A stretch of DNA of 56,055 bases from Acidobacteriota bacterium (GTDB taxonomy: Bacteria; Acidobacteriota; UBA6911): positions 1-56,055 of the forward strand of contig JAFNAG010000012.1 in assembly GCA_017860135.1 (NCBI GenBank), given 5' to 3'. Made by a program: the position numbers and the translations under genes. Positions within the stretch are counted from its first letter, which is position 1; each line of letters begins with the position of its first letter. This document shows positions 36,830-46,912 of the stretch, in pieces. The notes under the pieces are model-generated. The model searched no databases, was not told the DNA's origin, and saw only the letters and a list, made by a program, of their open reading frames with translations.

Positions 36830-38862
36830 TACCGGCCGGGTTCCCGGTAACCAAGGACCATGAGTGTGATGTCGTCGTGCTGCGGGGCCCCGGCGGAGAA
36901 GCAGGCGACCTGTTCCTGGAGCCGGCGAAGGAGGATTCCGGCAGAGGCTCCGGCGTTGGTTTGCAGGACTTCGTGGAGCCGTACCTCGCCGAATTCCTCG
37001 CCCGCTGGATTCAGAGCTTCCAGCAGGCCGTCGGTGAACAGGACAAGATGATCCCCGGGATCCAAGTGGACAGTGTCCGACTCGTATTGCGCTTGAGGGA
37101 ATAGCCCCAGGACCATGCCCCCTCTGGTCAACTCATGGAGGGATCCGTCCGCGCGGAACAGGAGGGGCGGGTTGTGGCCGGCGTTGGTGTAGGTGAGGTT
37201 TCCTTCCGGATCGAGGATGCCGAAAAAGAAGGTTACGAAGCGGCTTCCGGTGCTGCGTCGGGCCAGGCTGCAATTCACGTTGGCAATCATGCTGGGGAGC
37301 GGGAGATTCAGCAGGGTTTGAGCGCAGAAAATCCCCTGGAGCATCGCTGCCAGCAGCGCTGCGGGCATTCCCTTTCCGGAAACATCACCGATCGCGAAGC
37401 CCAGCTTCCCTCCTTCCATGTCGAAGTAGTCTGAATAGTCTCCCCCGACTTCCCGGCAGGGGATGTTCACGCTGCAGCCGGTTACGAAGGCAAGGGTCTT
37501 ATCGGCGCTCGGAAGCAGTGACTGCTGGATTTCGCGCGCAATCGCGAGTTCCTCGTCCAGCTTGCGTTTTGCCTGCGATTCCTTGTAGAGGCGGGCGTTG
37601 TAAATGGCCATGGCTGCTTCGCTGGCGAGTGTGTCCAGCGCATCGATCTGGCCCGGAGACAATCCTCCCCCGATGTTAGTGCTGTCCAGATACAGAACGC
37701 CGATGTTTTCGATCGCGCCGATCACTGAGACGGCGCTGGAATCACGGAACGGGAGGTAACGCAGAGGCACGCAGCAAATGCTTCTTACTCCCAGTCTGCG
37801 GGTGGAGTTGTGGTCTTCGGCGATGTCACTCACATCCAGGTCTCTGATTACGATCCTCCTGCCGGTTTGAAACACCTCCTCGGGAACACGGTGGCTGAAC
37901 TGCAGCGGAGCCCCGTCGAGGGACTGCCCGTTCGCATCCCTTACCGATCGAAAGTGAAGATTTCCATCCGCCTCTTTCAGCATGATCAGCCCGCGATCGG
38001 CGCCGGTCATTTCGATGGCGGTGTCCACCACAAGGTTCAGGAGGTCGTCCAGTAGAGGGATTGAGCTCAGGGCGTTGAAGGCAGACAGAAGCATCCCCAT
38101 TTGGCGAAAGCCATGCACCGACAATCCGGAATCCTCTCCCGATCCGGATATGGAGAGAAGGGACTGAAGCAAATCGCCTTGGTGAAATGTCAGGCTTTCC
38201 CCTTGAAGCCCACCCAGGCGGATTCGATCCCCATGGTGAAGGACGGCCTCTGCTACCTGCACGCCGTTCAAAAAAGTGCCGTGCCTGCTGCCGAGGTCGC
38301 GGAGCGTATAGTTCCCATTCTCCACCAGAACCTCGGCGTGGGAACGCGACACGTTCCTGTTTGCCGCCAGGACCAGGCTGTTGACCGAGCTGCGACCGAT
38401 CGTGAACCTGGGGGGGGTGATGGTAATCCACCGGTCCTTCCCTGTTTCGTCCGGACAACGGAATCGCGCCTGCTTTTCGGTTTCCTCGAAGTCGTGTCTG
38501 CCCGGAGTGTGACGTTCCGCCCGCTGCAGGCTTTCATTCAGGGATTCCGGAGTCAGGGGCTGAAACAGGATGTCGGCGGCTCCCGATCTCCATGCGTCGA
38601 GTACCATGGGGGCGGAGGGCCGGGAGCAAACCAGCACAATGCGCAGATCGGGCCGGCGACCCAGGGCGTGCCTGAGTTCCTCGATGGCCCGGGCGTCCTC
38701 GGCGGGCTGGAGGTAGACGATGTCGAAATCCGGAACGCCCGCGCCGTCCCACGCGGAGGGCGCTGCGGGGGCATGGGCGACACGGTGCCCGGCTCCGCCG
38801 AAATGACTCAGCGCGAGAGACGGGTCTTTCACCCCGAGCAACAGTATGCTGTGTTCGCGCAT
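36829..38862 (-). CDS. multidomain PP2C/SpoIIE-type phosphatase (receiver-like - FHA - GAF - PP2C)
   Basis: The FHA domain reads FTIGRSSVNSLVL...VSRSHAEV...LRDLGSRHGTFLNG. The GAF domain reads LLNLVVDTAIEMTGADRGLIML. The SpoIIE/PP2C domain reads AREIQQSLLP...VGGDYSDYF...FAIGDVSGKGMPAALL...TDGLLEA. I use the ATG at 38862. Confidence 0.85.
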   Translation of the reverse strand: MREHSILLLGVKDPSLALSHFGGAGHRVAHAPAAPSAWDGAGVPDFDIVYLQPAEDARAIEELRHALGRRPDLRIVLVCSRPSAPMVLDAWRSGAADILFQPLTPESLNESLQRAERHTPGRHDFEETEKQARFRCPDETGKDRWITITPPRFTIGRSSVNSLVLAANRNVSRSHAEVLVENGNYTLRDLGSRHGTFLNGVQVAEAVLHHGDRIRLGGLQGESLTFHQGDLLQSLLSISGSGEDSGLSVHGFRQMGMLLSAFNALSSIPLLDDLLNLVVDTAIEMTGADRGLIMLKEADGNLHFRSVRDANGQSLDGAPLQFSHRVPEEVFQTGRRIVIRDLDVSDIAEDHNSTRRLGVRSICCVPLRYLPFRDSSAVSVIGAIENIGVLYLDSTNIGGGLSPGQIDALDTLASEAAMAIYNARLYKESQAKRKLDEELAIAREIQQSLLPSADKTLAFVTGCSVNIPCREVGGDYSDYFDMEGGKLGFAIGDVSGKGMPAALLAAMLQGIFCAQTLLNLPLPSMIANVNCSLARRSTGSRFVTFFFGILDPEGNLTYTNAGHNPPLLFRADGSLHELTRGGMVLGLFPQAQYESDTVHLDPGDHLVLFTDGLLEALNPAGEEFGEVRLHEVLQTNAGASAGILLRRLQEQVACFSAGAPQHDDITLMVLGYREPGR

Positions 38863-38917
38863 GGCGCCCCTGAATGAGCTATTAGGTTCCAATGATATCA
38901 TAAACGGGGAGGATTGC

Positions 38918-39826
38918 ATGAAAGGGGAACTTCTTGTCGGCGCGCACATGTCGATTGCGGGCGGCATCCATCAGGCGTTTGCCCGCGGTCTGCAAGCCGG
39001 CTGCCGCACACTGCAGATTTTTCTCAAGAACAGCAATCAGTGGCGCGCGAAAGCGCTGACGGATCAGGATGCCGGGTCCTATGCCGAAGCGCAGAGGCGA
39101 AGCGGCATCGCGCCGGTCCTGGCCCACAGCAGCTATTTGATCAATCTGGCGTCGCCGGAGGCCACGCTCCACAGAAGGTCACTGGCGGCGTTCGTCGAGG
39201 AACTGGAGCGCGCCAACTTTCTCGGCGTTCCTGCTGTAATTCTGCATCCCGGGGCTCATCGCGGGGCGGGAGAGAAAGCCGGCATCGAGGCCGTGGCCAG
39301 GGGGATTAACCAGGCGCTCGATCAGGTCCCTCCCCCGGTCATGATCCTGATCGAGACGACCGCGGGACAGGGAACGACTCTCGGCCACAGGTTCGAACAG
39401 CTGGAGGACATTCTGGAGCGAGTGCGCGACAGCGGGCGGGTCGGTTGCTGCCTCGACACCTGCCATATGTTTGCCGCGGGATACGACATCGGGTCGGAAG
39501 CCGGGTATCGAGACACCCTGCGACAATTCGACCGGTTGATCGGCTGCGAAAAAATCCATGCCTTCCACCTCAACGATTGCCTGAAACCCCTCGGCAGCCG
39601 CGTAGACCGCCACATGCACATCGGCCAAGGTCAGATCGGGCTGGAAGCCTTCCGTTGTCTGGTCAACGACCGCCGCTTTAGTGCGGTTCCCAAAATACTG
39701 GAAACACCCAAAGGAGACGACCTGCAGCATGACCTGATGAACCTGCGCACACTGCGCGGCCTCGTGGGGGAAAGTCCGCGGAGAAAGCAGTCGAAGCCCT
39801 CGGGAAGGACCAGGAAAGGCCACTGA
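38918..39826 (+). CDS. nfo: endonuclease IV (AP endonuclease, deoxyribonuclease IV)
   Basis: The family motif AHSSYLINLASP is present, along with His/Asp/Glu metal ligands and a TIM barrel. The ATG at 38918 follows GGGGAGG. Confidence 0.9.
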   Translation: MKGELLVGAHMSIAGGIHQAFARGLQAGCRTLQIFLKNSNQWRAKALTDQDAGSYAEAQRRSGIAPVLAHSSYLINLASPEATLHRRSLAAFVEELERANFLGVPAVILHPGAHRGAGEKAGIEAVARGINQALDQVPPPVMILIETTAGQGTTLGHRFEQLEDILERVRDSGRVGCCLDTCHMFAAGYDIGSEAGYRDTLRQFDRLIGCEKIHAFHLNDCLKPLGSRVDRHMHIGQGQIGLEAFRCLVNDRRFSAVPKILETPKGDDLQHDLMNLRTLRGLVGESPRRKQSKPSGRTRKGH

Positions 39827-39985
39827 GATGCGGGCGCAGGCCGGTTGCGCACCATACCGTCTGAGTGCACAGGAACCTCAAACGAGGCTTTGAAAAGCAG
39901 AATGGCGACAGGCTGCCGTATCCCCGTTGCCGAGGAATACTCTGAGCTCCTGCGCAAAAGGAGGCACAATAGCCTGCCACCACTC

Positions 39986-41506
39986 TTACGAGCGGGCATT
40001 TTTGCGCAGCCTGCTGTGGCGGAATCCGTAGGCAAAGTAGAGAACCAGCCCGACGGCGAGCCATATGCCGAAGCGGAACCAGGTCACCGCCGGCAGCCCG
40101 AGCATGAGATAGATGCACATTGCCATCCCCAGTAGGGGCACCAGGGGCACCAGGGGGGTACGGAACACTCTCGGTTTTTCGGGATCGGTGCGGCGCAGGA
40201 CGATAATCCCGACGCAGACCAGCACGAAGGCGAAGAGGGTCCCGATGTTGGTGAGCTCCACGATCTCGTTGATGTTCGCCACCGCGGAAACTGCCGCAAC
40301 CACGACTCCCGTCCAGATCGTCGTCACGTGCGGGGTCCGATACTTCGGATGGACCCTGGCGAAATACTTGGGAAGCAGCCCGTCGCGGGACATCGAGAAG
40401 AAAATCCTGGGTTGGCCCAGCTGGAACACGAGCAGCACCGCCGTCATGGAAACCACCGCGCCCAGCGCCACGATCCCGGCAGCCCAGTTCTGCCCGACAT
40501 GCGCCAGGACGGCTGCGAGCGGATCCGCGACGCCCAGCTGGTCCCACGGCTGGACGCCGGTGAGTACGAACGCCGTGGCGATGTAGATTATTGTGCAGAA
40601 GACCAGCGACCCGATGATGCCGATCGGCATGTCCCGCCCCGGATTCTTGCACTCCTCGGCGGCCGTGGAGATCGCATCGAATCCGATGAACGCGAAAAAG
40701 ATCAGGCTGGCGCCGGTCCAAACCCCCACGAAACCGTTGGGCATGAACGGGGACCAGTTCCCGGGTTTCACATACAGGGATCCGATACCGATGAAGAACA
40801 GGAGGATGACGATTTTGATCGCGACCATTACGTTGTTGGCGCGGGCGGATTCCTTAATGCCGATGACCAGGAGGTAGGTCACCGCCGCAACGATCAGGGC
40901 GGAAAGAAAATTCAGGATCAGCGGAATGCCCAGAATCGTTGGGTGATTCGTCCAGGCCTCGAAGGCGAGGGCATTGGCGGGAGAGACCGCGCCGCCCGCC
41001 GCCGCCACGGCATCTGCAGCCTGATGGGCGGAGCGGTAGTCGACAGCGAGCCAGGCGGGAATGTGAACGCCCATCCCCTCAAATAACTGGTGGAAGTACG
41101 CCGCCCATGCGATTGCCACGGCCACGTTCCCAACCGCGTACTCGATGATCAGGTCCCAACCGATGATCCAGGCGACAAACTCGCCGAGCGTTGCGTACGA
41201 ATAGGTGTAGGCGCTTCCGGCGATGGGGACGAGAGCGGCAAACTCGGCATAGCACAGCGCGCAGAACGTGCAGGCGACCGCCGTGATCAGGAAGGAAAGA
41301 GACACGGCAGGCCCGGCTCCCAGATGGTCGGGGCCGCCCGCGGCCGCCGTCCCGATCACGGCGAAAATCCCCGTGCCGATCACCGCCCCGATACCCAGGG
41401 AGATGAGGTCTACCGGGCCGAGCGAGCGCTTGAGACGTGCTTCGTCGCCTGCTTCCGCATCGCGCATGATCAGGTCCACGGACTTGCGACGGAAAAGACT
41501 GGGCAT
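39986..41506 (-). CDS. APC-superfamily amino acid permease (cationic amino acid transporter-like)
   Basis: It has the signature LISLGIGAVIGTGIFAVIG and about 12-14 hydrophobic helices. I use the ATG at 41506; the listed upstream extension is not protein-like. Confidence 0.88.
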   Translation of the reverse strand: MPSLFRRKSVDLIMRDAEAGDEARLKRSLGPVDLISLGIGAVIGTGIFAVIGTAAAGGPDHLGAGPAVSLSFLITAVACTFCALCYAEFAALVPIAGSAYTYSYATLGEFVAWIIGWDLIIEYAVGNVAVAIAWAAYFHQLFEGMGVHIPAWLAVDYRSAHQAADAVAAAGGAVSPANALAFEAWTNHPTILGIPLILNFLSALIVAAVTYLLVIGIKESARANNVMVAIKIVILLFFIGIGSLYVKPGNWSPFMPNGFVGVWTGASLIFFAFIGFDAISTAAEECKNPGRDMPIGIIGSLVFCTIIYIATAFVLTGVQPWDQLGVADPLAAVLAHVGQNWAAGIVALGAVVSMTAVLLVFQLGQPRIFFSMSRDGLLPKYFARVHPKYRTPHVTTIWTGVVVAAVSAVANINEIVELTNIGTLFAFVLVCVGIIVLRRTDPEKPRVFRTPLVPLVPLLGMAMCIYLMLGLPAVTWFRFGIWLAVGLVLYFAYGFRHSRLRKNARS

Positions 41507-41580
41507 GGCTCCGTTTCCTCTCCACAATCGACTCGCCGCGCGCCTCGATTCAGGCGATTCACGGCGGATGAGTTCAGCAC

Positions 41581-41609
41581 AAAATAGCGATAGATCGGCC
41601 AAGAAGCAA
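41581..41609 (-). promoter_or_regulatory. candidate sigma70 promoter of the permease gene
   Basis: On the minus strand the sequence is TTGCTT (41609-41604), a 17-nt spacer, then TATTTT (41586-41581). Confidence 0.4.
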
Positions 41610-41710
41610 CAAGGTATTTGAATCGGGGGCCGGCGTCCCCAAGGCAAATCAAAACAGGGGCGGTGTACCCGGTTGGTTTCTGCCGAGCAGCTCACAGATG
41701 ATCCGCCCTC

Positions 41711-41845
41711 GGCCTTGACTTGGACCTGGGCCTGGAATTGGCAGTTTTGGAAGCTTGCTTTTTGAGGACGCGTGTAATGGAGCCCGCACGAACAGGGGGG
41801 TTCAAGTCGAAGTCGAGGCCGAAGTCCAAGTCCGGGTCAAGGACC
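41711..41845. repeat. imperfect palindromic element built from GTCCAAGTC/GAAGTCGA units
   Basis: The left arm GGCCTTGACTTGGACCTGGGCCTGG faces the right arm TTCAAGTCGAAGTCGAGGCCGAAGTCCAAGTCCGGGTCAAGGACC. CCTTGAC and TTGGAC are shared in reverse complement. Confidence 0.45.
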
Positions 41846-41882
41846 CGTTGCAGCAGTCATGGGTTTCCGGGACAAGAACCGG

Positions 41883-44588
41883 TCAAGGCCCGGGGGGCGA
41901 GATCCTCATGCGGGCATCCACGACGACAACCCCGCTGCCGGTCTCCAGCACCTTGACGGGATTGAGGTCGAGCTCCTGCAGCTCGGGAATGAGCTCCGTG
42001 AGGGCAGAGACTCTCCGGATCACATCGATGAGGGCGTTTCGGTCGCCGGCCGGGGCGCCGCGATACCCGTTGAGAAGCGTGCCGGTGCGCAGCCTGGCAA
42101 TCATCTCTTCCGCGTCGGTGTCGCTGACGGGCGGGAGCCGGAACGATGTATCTTTGATCACCTCGACGAGCACGCCGCCGAGCCCGCACACGAGCATCGG
42201 CCCGAATACCGGATCTGCCGAGACGCCGACGAGCGCCTCGATGCCGTTGCGGATCTCGCGCTGCAGCAGGATATGCTTCAGGTCGACGCCGATTGCCTCC
42301 ATGCGTTCTCTCAGGGTTACGGCCGCCGCTTCGACGTCGTTTTTCGACTGAAGGCCGGGCAGCACGCCGCCGACGTCACTCTTGTGAACAACGCCTTCAG
42401 CCTGGACTTTGGCTACCAGGGGGTATCCGAGGCGCTCGGCGGCCGCCGGCGCCTCTTCCAGGCTCGTTTCTTCCGCGGCGGCGAAGGGGATGCCTGCCGC
42501 GCTCAGAATTACGGCGAGGTGCCGGGGCTGAAGCCAGACCGGCCCGCGAGTTTCCGCGAGGACGCAGTCCACCGCCGCGCGGATGACCCGCTTCGCCTGC
42601 TCGTCGAGGGCCAGAACGGTGCCTGCGGGCCGTTTGAGCCAGGAGGCGTAGCGGTGCGCCGCTGCGAGCGCCACCGCTGCGTTATCGGGGAAGTTGTACG
42701 CCGGGATCCGCCCGCGCGGCTCTTCGCACACCAGCGGCGGCACATCGCGGCCGGACATGAACACGGCGAGCACGGGCATTTCCAACGGCACACGTTCGAC
42801 GGCCGCCTTAAGCGCCCGGATCATGTCGGCCGGGGGATGCAGCTGTGGCGGGAGGTAGACGAGGATCAGCGCATCGATGCCGGGATCGGCGGCGGCGATC
42901 TCCACCGCACGCGAGTATTGCTCGGGTGTCGCCGAGGCGATCATGTCGATAGGATTTGCCAGTCCTGCCTGCATCGGGAGGATGCCGCGCAGCCTGTCTT
43001 TGGTCCCCTGCGCGTATTCCGGAAGGAGCAGGCCCTGGGCTTCGCAGGCATCGGCGAGCAGGATCCCCGGACCGCCCCCGTTGGTGATGGCGCCCACGCG
43101 CCGGCCGCGGGGGAGCGGCTGGCATGCCAGCAGACGTGTGATGTCGAGCAGCTGTTCCGCCGAGTGAGCGCGGATGATCCCCGTCTGCTCGAAGAGAGTC
43201 TCGATCGCTCTGTCGGAACTGGCGAGTGCGGCCGAATGACTGCTCGCAGCGCGCCGGCCGGCCTCCGAGCGGCCGGACTTGACGGCGACGATGGGCTTGC
43301 GCCGGCAGATTTCCGGCGCCAGGCGCGCGAATTTGCCTGCCTGGTCGAAACTCTCCAGGTAGAGCATGATCACGTTCGTATGCGGGTCCTCGGCCCAATA
43401 ACAGAGCAGGTCGTTGACAGAGACATCTGCCTTGTTGCCCACGGACACGAAGGTGGAGACGCCGATGTTCAATTCCGGTGCCTGGTCCAGAATGGCATAA
43501 CCGAGCGCCCCGCTTTGCGAGAGCAGGCCGATACTGCCGGGGGGCGGCCACACGGGCGCGAAGTTGGCGTTCATCGAGACATCCGCCGCGGTGTTGATCA
43601 CCCCCATGCAGTTCGGGCCGACCATGCGCATCCCGGAAGAGCGCACCAGCACCCTGAGCCTCCTCTCGGTTTCCCTGCCCTCGGGGGACACTTCCCCCAA
43701 GCCCGAGGTGATCACAACCACGCTGCGCACGCCGGCACGGGCGCACTCGGCGACGGATGCTTCCACGGATGCCGCCGGCACGGCGATCAGCGCCATATCC
43801 ACCGGGGCTTTGATGGCGCTCACGCTCGGAAAGGCCGGGATTCCCTCGATTTCGGCGGCCACGGGATTGACCGGATACAATGTCCCCCGGTAGCCGCATC
43901 GCTTCAGACTGGATACGAGCGCCGCGCCGATGGTCCCGTGCTTTCGGGATGCGCCCACGACGGCTATGCATCGGGGATTGAGGATGGGACGGATGCTCGC
44001 AGCCGTGGACAGCCTCTCCCTCCGGGCCTGCGCTGCCGCAAATTCAGGCGTGTTCTCGGTGGGAAACGAGAAATGGACCACGCCCGAGCCCCGGGATTGC
44101 TCCATTCGGAAGCCGATACGGGAGAACACTTCCATCATCTGCCCGTTTTCCTCCAGGACATCGGCTGCGAACTCGGTGATGCCGTTGCGCCGGGCGATCG
44201 CCGAGAGATGTTCCAACAACAGCGTGCCAACCCCCTTCTCCTGAAATGCGTCGGCGACCGCCAACGCCACCTCGGCCCGGCCCGGCCTTTCGCGATCCTC
44301 GAGCGCGCCATAACGTCCCAGGCCGATAATGTGTTCCGCCTCCACGTCGCGGAATGCCGCAATCAGAGCCGCCTCCCTGGCTAAATCCAGGTCGGTCAAA
44401 CGGGACAGTTCTTTTTCGCTCAGCCACTTCTTGAAACGGAAAAACCGGAAGTATACCGACCTGCTGCTCAACTGACTGAAAAGCTGGAGTAAAAGGTCCT
44501 GATCGTCGCTCCGGAGAGCGCGCAGGTAAATCGACCGGCCGTCCCTCAGGATGGCTTCCACACGGTACTCTGCTGCCCTCCCCTCCAT
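41883..44588 (-). CDS. GNAT acetyltransferase fused to ADP-forming acyl-CoA synthetase (ACD)-like CoA-binding/ligase/ATP-grasp domains (Pat-like protein acetyltransferase or acetate-CoA ligase)
   Basis: An N-terminal GNAT (FQEKGVGTLLLEHL) is followed by a CoA-binding region (IAVVGASRK), succinyl-CoA-synthetase-like domains and a C-terminal ATP-grasp. Confidence 0.85.
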   Translation of the reverse strand: MEGRAAEYRVEAILRDGRSIYLRALRSDDQDLLLQLFSQLSSRSVYFRFFRFKKWLSEKELSRLTDLDLAREAALIAAFRDVEAEHIIGLGRYGALEDRERPGRAEVALAVADAFQEKGVGTLLLEHLSAIARRNGITEFAADVLEENGQMMEVFSRIGFRMEQSRGSGVVHFSFPTENTPEFAAAQARRERLSTAASIRPILNPRCIAVVGASRKHGTIGAALVSSLKRCGYRGTLYPVNPVAAEIEGIPAFPSVSAIKAPVDMALIAVPAASVEASVAECARAGVRSVVVITSGLGEVSPEGRETERRLRVLVRSSGMRMVGPNCMGVINTAADVSMNANFAPVWPPPGSIGLLSQSGALGYAILDQAPELNIGVSTFVSVGNKADVSVNDLLCYWAEDPHTNVIMLYLESFDQAGKFARLAPEICRRKPIVAVKSGRSEAGRRAASSHSAALASSDRAIETLFEQTGIIRAHSAEQLLDITRLLACQPLPRGRRVGAITNGGGPGILLADACEAQGLLLPEYAQGTKDRLRGILPMQAGLANPIDMIASATPEQYSRAVEIAAADPGIDALILVYLPPQLHPPADMIRALKAAVERVPLEMPVLAVFMSGRDVPPLVCEEPRGRIPAYNFPDNAAVALAAAHRYASWLKRPAGTVLALDEQAKRVIRAAVDCVLAETRGPVWLQPRHLAVILSAAGIPFAAAEETSLEEAPAAAERLGYPLVAKVQAEGVVHKSDVGGVLPGLQSKNDVEAAAVTLRERMEAIGVDLKHILLQREIRNGIEALVGVSADPVFGPMLVCGLGGVLVEVIKDTSFRLPPVSDTDAEEMIARLRTGTLLNGYRGAPAGDRNALIDVIRRVSALTELIPELQELDLNPVKVLETGSGVVVVDARMRISPPGP

Positions 44589-44613
44589 TTGGATGTCCCC
44601 CGAATAGAACTGG

Positions 44614-46881
44614 TCACAACGGCTTCAGCCTGGCGTATCGTTCGATGAGAGTCTTCCTGCCGGCGCGGCTGAACGTGACGATCAGCTTTACCTCATTTCC
44701 CATACGCTCGCGGCTCAGAATGATCCCTTCTCCGAACTGGTCATGGCGAACACGCATGCCGGACTTGAGCCCGGCGGGGCCGGAACCGCCCGATCGTGCT
44801 TTTGCGGTATTCTGCCTTTCCACGTATGCGCGAAGTTCGGCCAGGGAACGCGGGGCTTCGGCGCTGCCTCGCTGCAGGCGTTTGATGCGGACTCCGGGTT
44901 CCCCCTCTTCCTCCCAGGTCTGCCGGGATTCTTCATCCTCGGAAATGTACCCGGGCCCGGTCTCGAGGCCCTCCACCAGTTCCTCCGGCATCTCGTCCAG
45001 GAACCGGGACGGCCGGCAAGGTGTGCCGGCATCCGGCCCATAATTGCGGCGGAACGGGGTCCACGTCAGATACAGTTTGCGCCGGGCCCTGGTCATGCCC
45101 ACATAGCAGAGACGCCGTTCTTCCTCCAGGTCGGCGATGGAGTCCCTCGACTGCGCGTGGGGGAAGAGGCCCTCCTCCATGCCTGCCAGGAAAACGACGT
45201 CGAATTCCAGGCCCTTGGAGCTGTGCGCCGTCAGAAGGGCGACGCGCGCGTCCGGGTCGAAATGGTCGAGTTCGGATGAGAGCGAAGCGCGATCCAGGAA
45301 CTCGTACACCGTCTCCCCGCGCGATTCGGATTCAAACGCGGCGCGCATCAGTTCTTCGATATTCGCAAGCCGGTCCTGCGCTTCCTGTTCGGTTTCCCGC
45401 TTCTCGAGCATTTTCCGATACGCTGTCTGTGCCAGGATGTCCTCCAACAGGTCTTTGGGAGAGGATGTCTCTGCCTTTGTGATCCAGGCGTCCAGCATTT
45501 CCTGAAATCGCGTAAGGGCGCGGTGTCCACGGCCTGCCCGTTGAGGATTCCGACTGAGTTGGCGCAACGCCTGCGATACCGGCACTCCCTCCTCGGCCGC
45601 AACCTGCTGCAGCTGCTCGACTGTCGTGCCGCCGATACCGCGCGGCGGCGTGTTGATGATCCTGAGCAACGCCACGTCATCCTCCGGGTTGAAAACGACC
45701 CGGAGGTAGGCGAGCATGTCCTTGACTTCCATCCTGCTGAAAAAACTGATGCTCCCCACCACAACATAGGGGACACTGCGCTCCATCAGCACCTCTTCGA
45801 AATTGCGCGAAAGCGCATTGATCCGATAGAGGACGGCGATACGGCAATCCGGATCGTCTTGCAACGATTCCTGGATTTCCCAGGCGACCCACTCGGCTTC
45901 CGCGCGGGGGGATGAGCACTGCCGGCAGGTCGCGATATCGCCTCTGGCGTTTTCCGTCCAGAGCACCTTCCCTTTGCGCTCCCGGTTGTTTCCGACCACG
46001 GCGCCGGCGATGTCCAGGATGGTCTGCGTGGATCGATAATTCTGCTCCAGCCGGATGATCTTGGCGCCCGGAAAATCCCTCTCGAAATTCAGAATGTTCC
46101 GGATATCGGCGCCGCGGAACCTGTAGATCGACTGATCCTCGTCCCCGACCACAAACACATTGTCGTGTCTCGCGGCGAGCAGGTGCAGGAGATCGTACTG
46201 GATCCGGTTTGTGTCCTGATACTCGTCCACCAGGATGTAGCGGTACCGTTCGCTGTAGTTGTTGCGGACCTGCGGGGATCGTTCCAGGACTTCGGCGGTT
46301 TTCAGGAGCAGGTCGTCGAAATCGAGGGCATTCGACTTGCGCAGGCGGTCCTCATACATGCCGTACAGATGTTCGAGGTCCAAGGCGGAGGGGGAAGGGT
46401 AGGTGCGGGAAAACGCGGCAACCGGGACTTTGTGGTTCTTGGCGTAGCTGATGCGGCTTAGGATTTCTCGGGGCTGGAGGTCGTTCCCGCTCCGGTGCTC
46501 CTCCTCCAGGATCTGCTTCACCAGGCGCTTCTGGTCGTCCGTGTCGTAGATCGAGAAGTCGCGCCTGTACCCGATCTGCTGGATTTCGCGCCGCAGCACC
46601 CGCACGCAGAAGGAATGGAAAGTCGTGATCAGCGGTTCTGCGGCCCGAGAGGCGCCCAGCAGGGAATGTAGGCGGTCGCGCATTTCCTGCGCCGCTTTGT
46701 TGGTGAAGGTTACCGCAAGGATGTTCTCGGGCCGCGCAGCCTGGTTGTGGATCAGGTGGGCGATGCGGTGGGCAATCACCCGGGTTTTGCCGCTTCCGGC
46801 GCCGGCCAGCACGAGAGCGGGTCCTTTCCCGTGCTCGACAGCGATGCGCTGCTGCGGGTTCAATTTGGCCAACACATCCAT
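44614..46881 (-). CDS. pcrA: UvrD/PcrA/Rep-family SF1 DNA helicase
   Basis: It has LNPQQRIAVEH...AGAGSGKT and a C-terminal Tudor-like tail GMRVRHDQFGEGIIL. The start is ATG 46881, or possibly 46899. Confidence 0.92.
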   Translation of the reverse strand: MDVLAKLNPQQRIAVEHGKGPALVLAGAGSGKTRVIAHRIAHLIHNQAARPENILAVTFTNKAAQEMRDRLHSLLGASRAAEPLITTFHSFCVRVLRREIQQIGYRRDFSIYDTDDQKRLVKQILEEEHRSGNDLQPREILSRISYAKNHKVPVAAFSRTYPSPSALDLEHLYGMYEDRLRKSNALDFDDLLLKTAEVLERSPQVRNNYSERYRYILVDEYQDTNRIQYDLLHLLAARHDNVFVVGDEDQSIYRFRGADIRNILNFERDFPGAKIIRLEQNYRSTQTILDIAGAVVGNNRERKGKVLWTENARGDIATCRQCSSPRAEAEWVAWEIQESLQDDPDCRIAVLYRINALSRNFEEVLMERSVPYVVVGSISFFSRMEVKDMLAYLRVVFNPEDDVALLRIINTPPRGIGGTTVEQLQQVAAEEGVPVSQALRQLSRNPQRAGRGHRALTRFQEMLDAWITKAETSSPKDLLEDILAQTAYRKMLEKRETEQEAQDRLANIEELMRAAFESESRGETVYEFLDRASLSSELDHFDPDARVALLTAHSSKGLEFDVVFLAGMEEGLFPHAQSRDSIADLEEERRLCYVGMTRARRKLYLTWTPFRRNYGPDAGTPCRPSRFLDEMPEELVEGLETGPGYISEDEESRQTWEEEGEPGVRIKRLQRGSAEAPRSLAELRAYVERQNTAKARSGGSGPAGLKSGMRVRHDQFGEGIILSRERMGNEVKLIVTFSRAGRKTLIERYARLKPL

Positions 46882-46912
46882 GCGAACCGGTCTTTCCATC
46901 ACCCAGACAACA

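Noticed and set aside
41859-44384. Very long antisense ORFs opposite confidently identified genes. Examples: 41859-44384 (+), 30305-31939 (+), 35237-36613 (-), 46625-47911 (+), 6112-7461 (-), 8552-9772 (+), 20311-21246 (-), 22216-23217 (-), 51130-52134 (-), 52044-53312 (-), 53125-54348 (-), 54987-55994 (-).
   Set aside because: They translate to Arg/Gly/Pro/Ala/His-rich strings with no recognisable motifs. They lie exactly opposite genes with strong family signatures. This is the usual stop-codon-poor antisense artefact of high-GC DNA.
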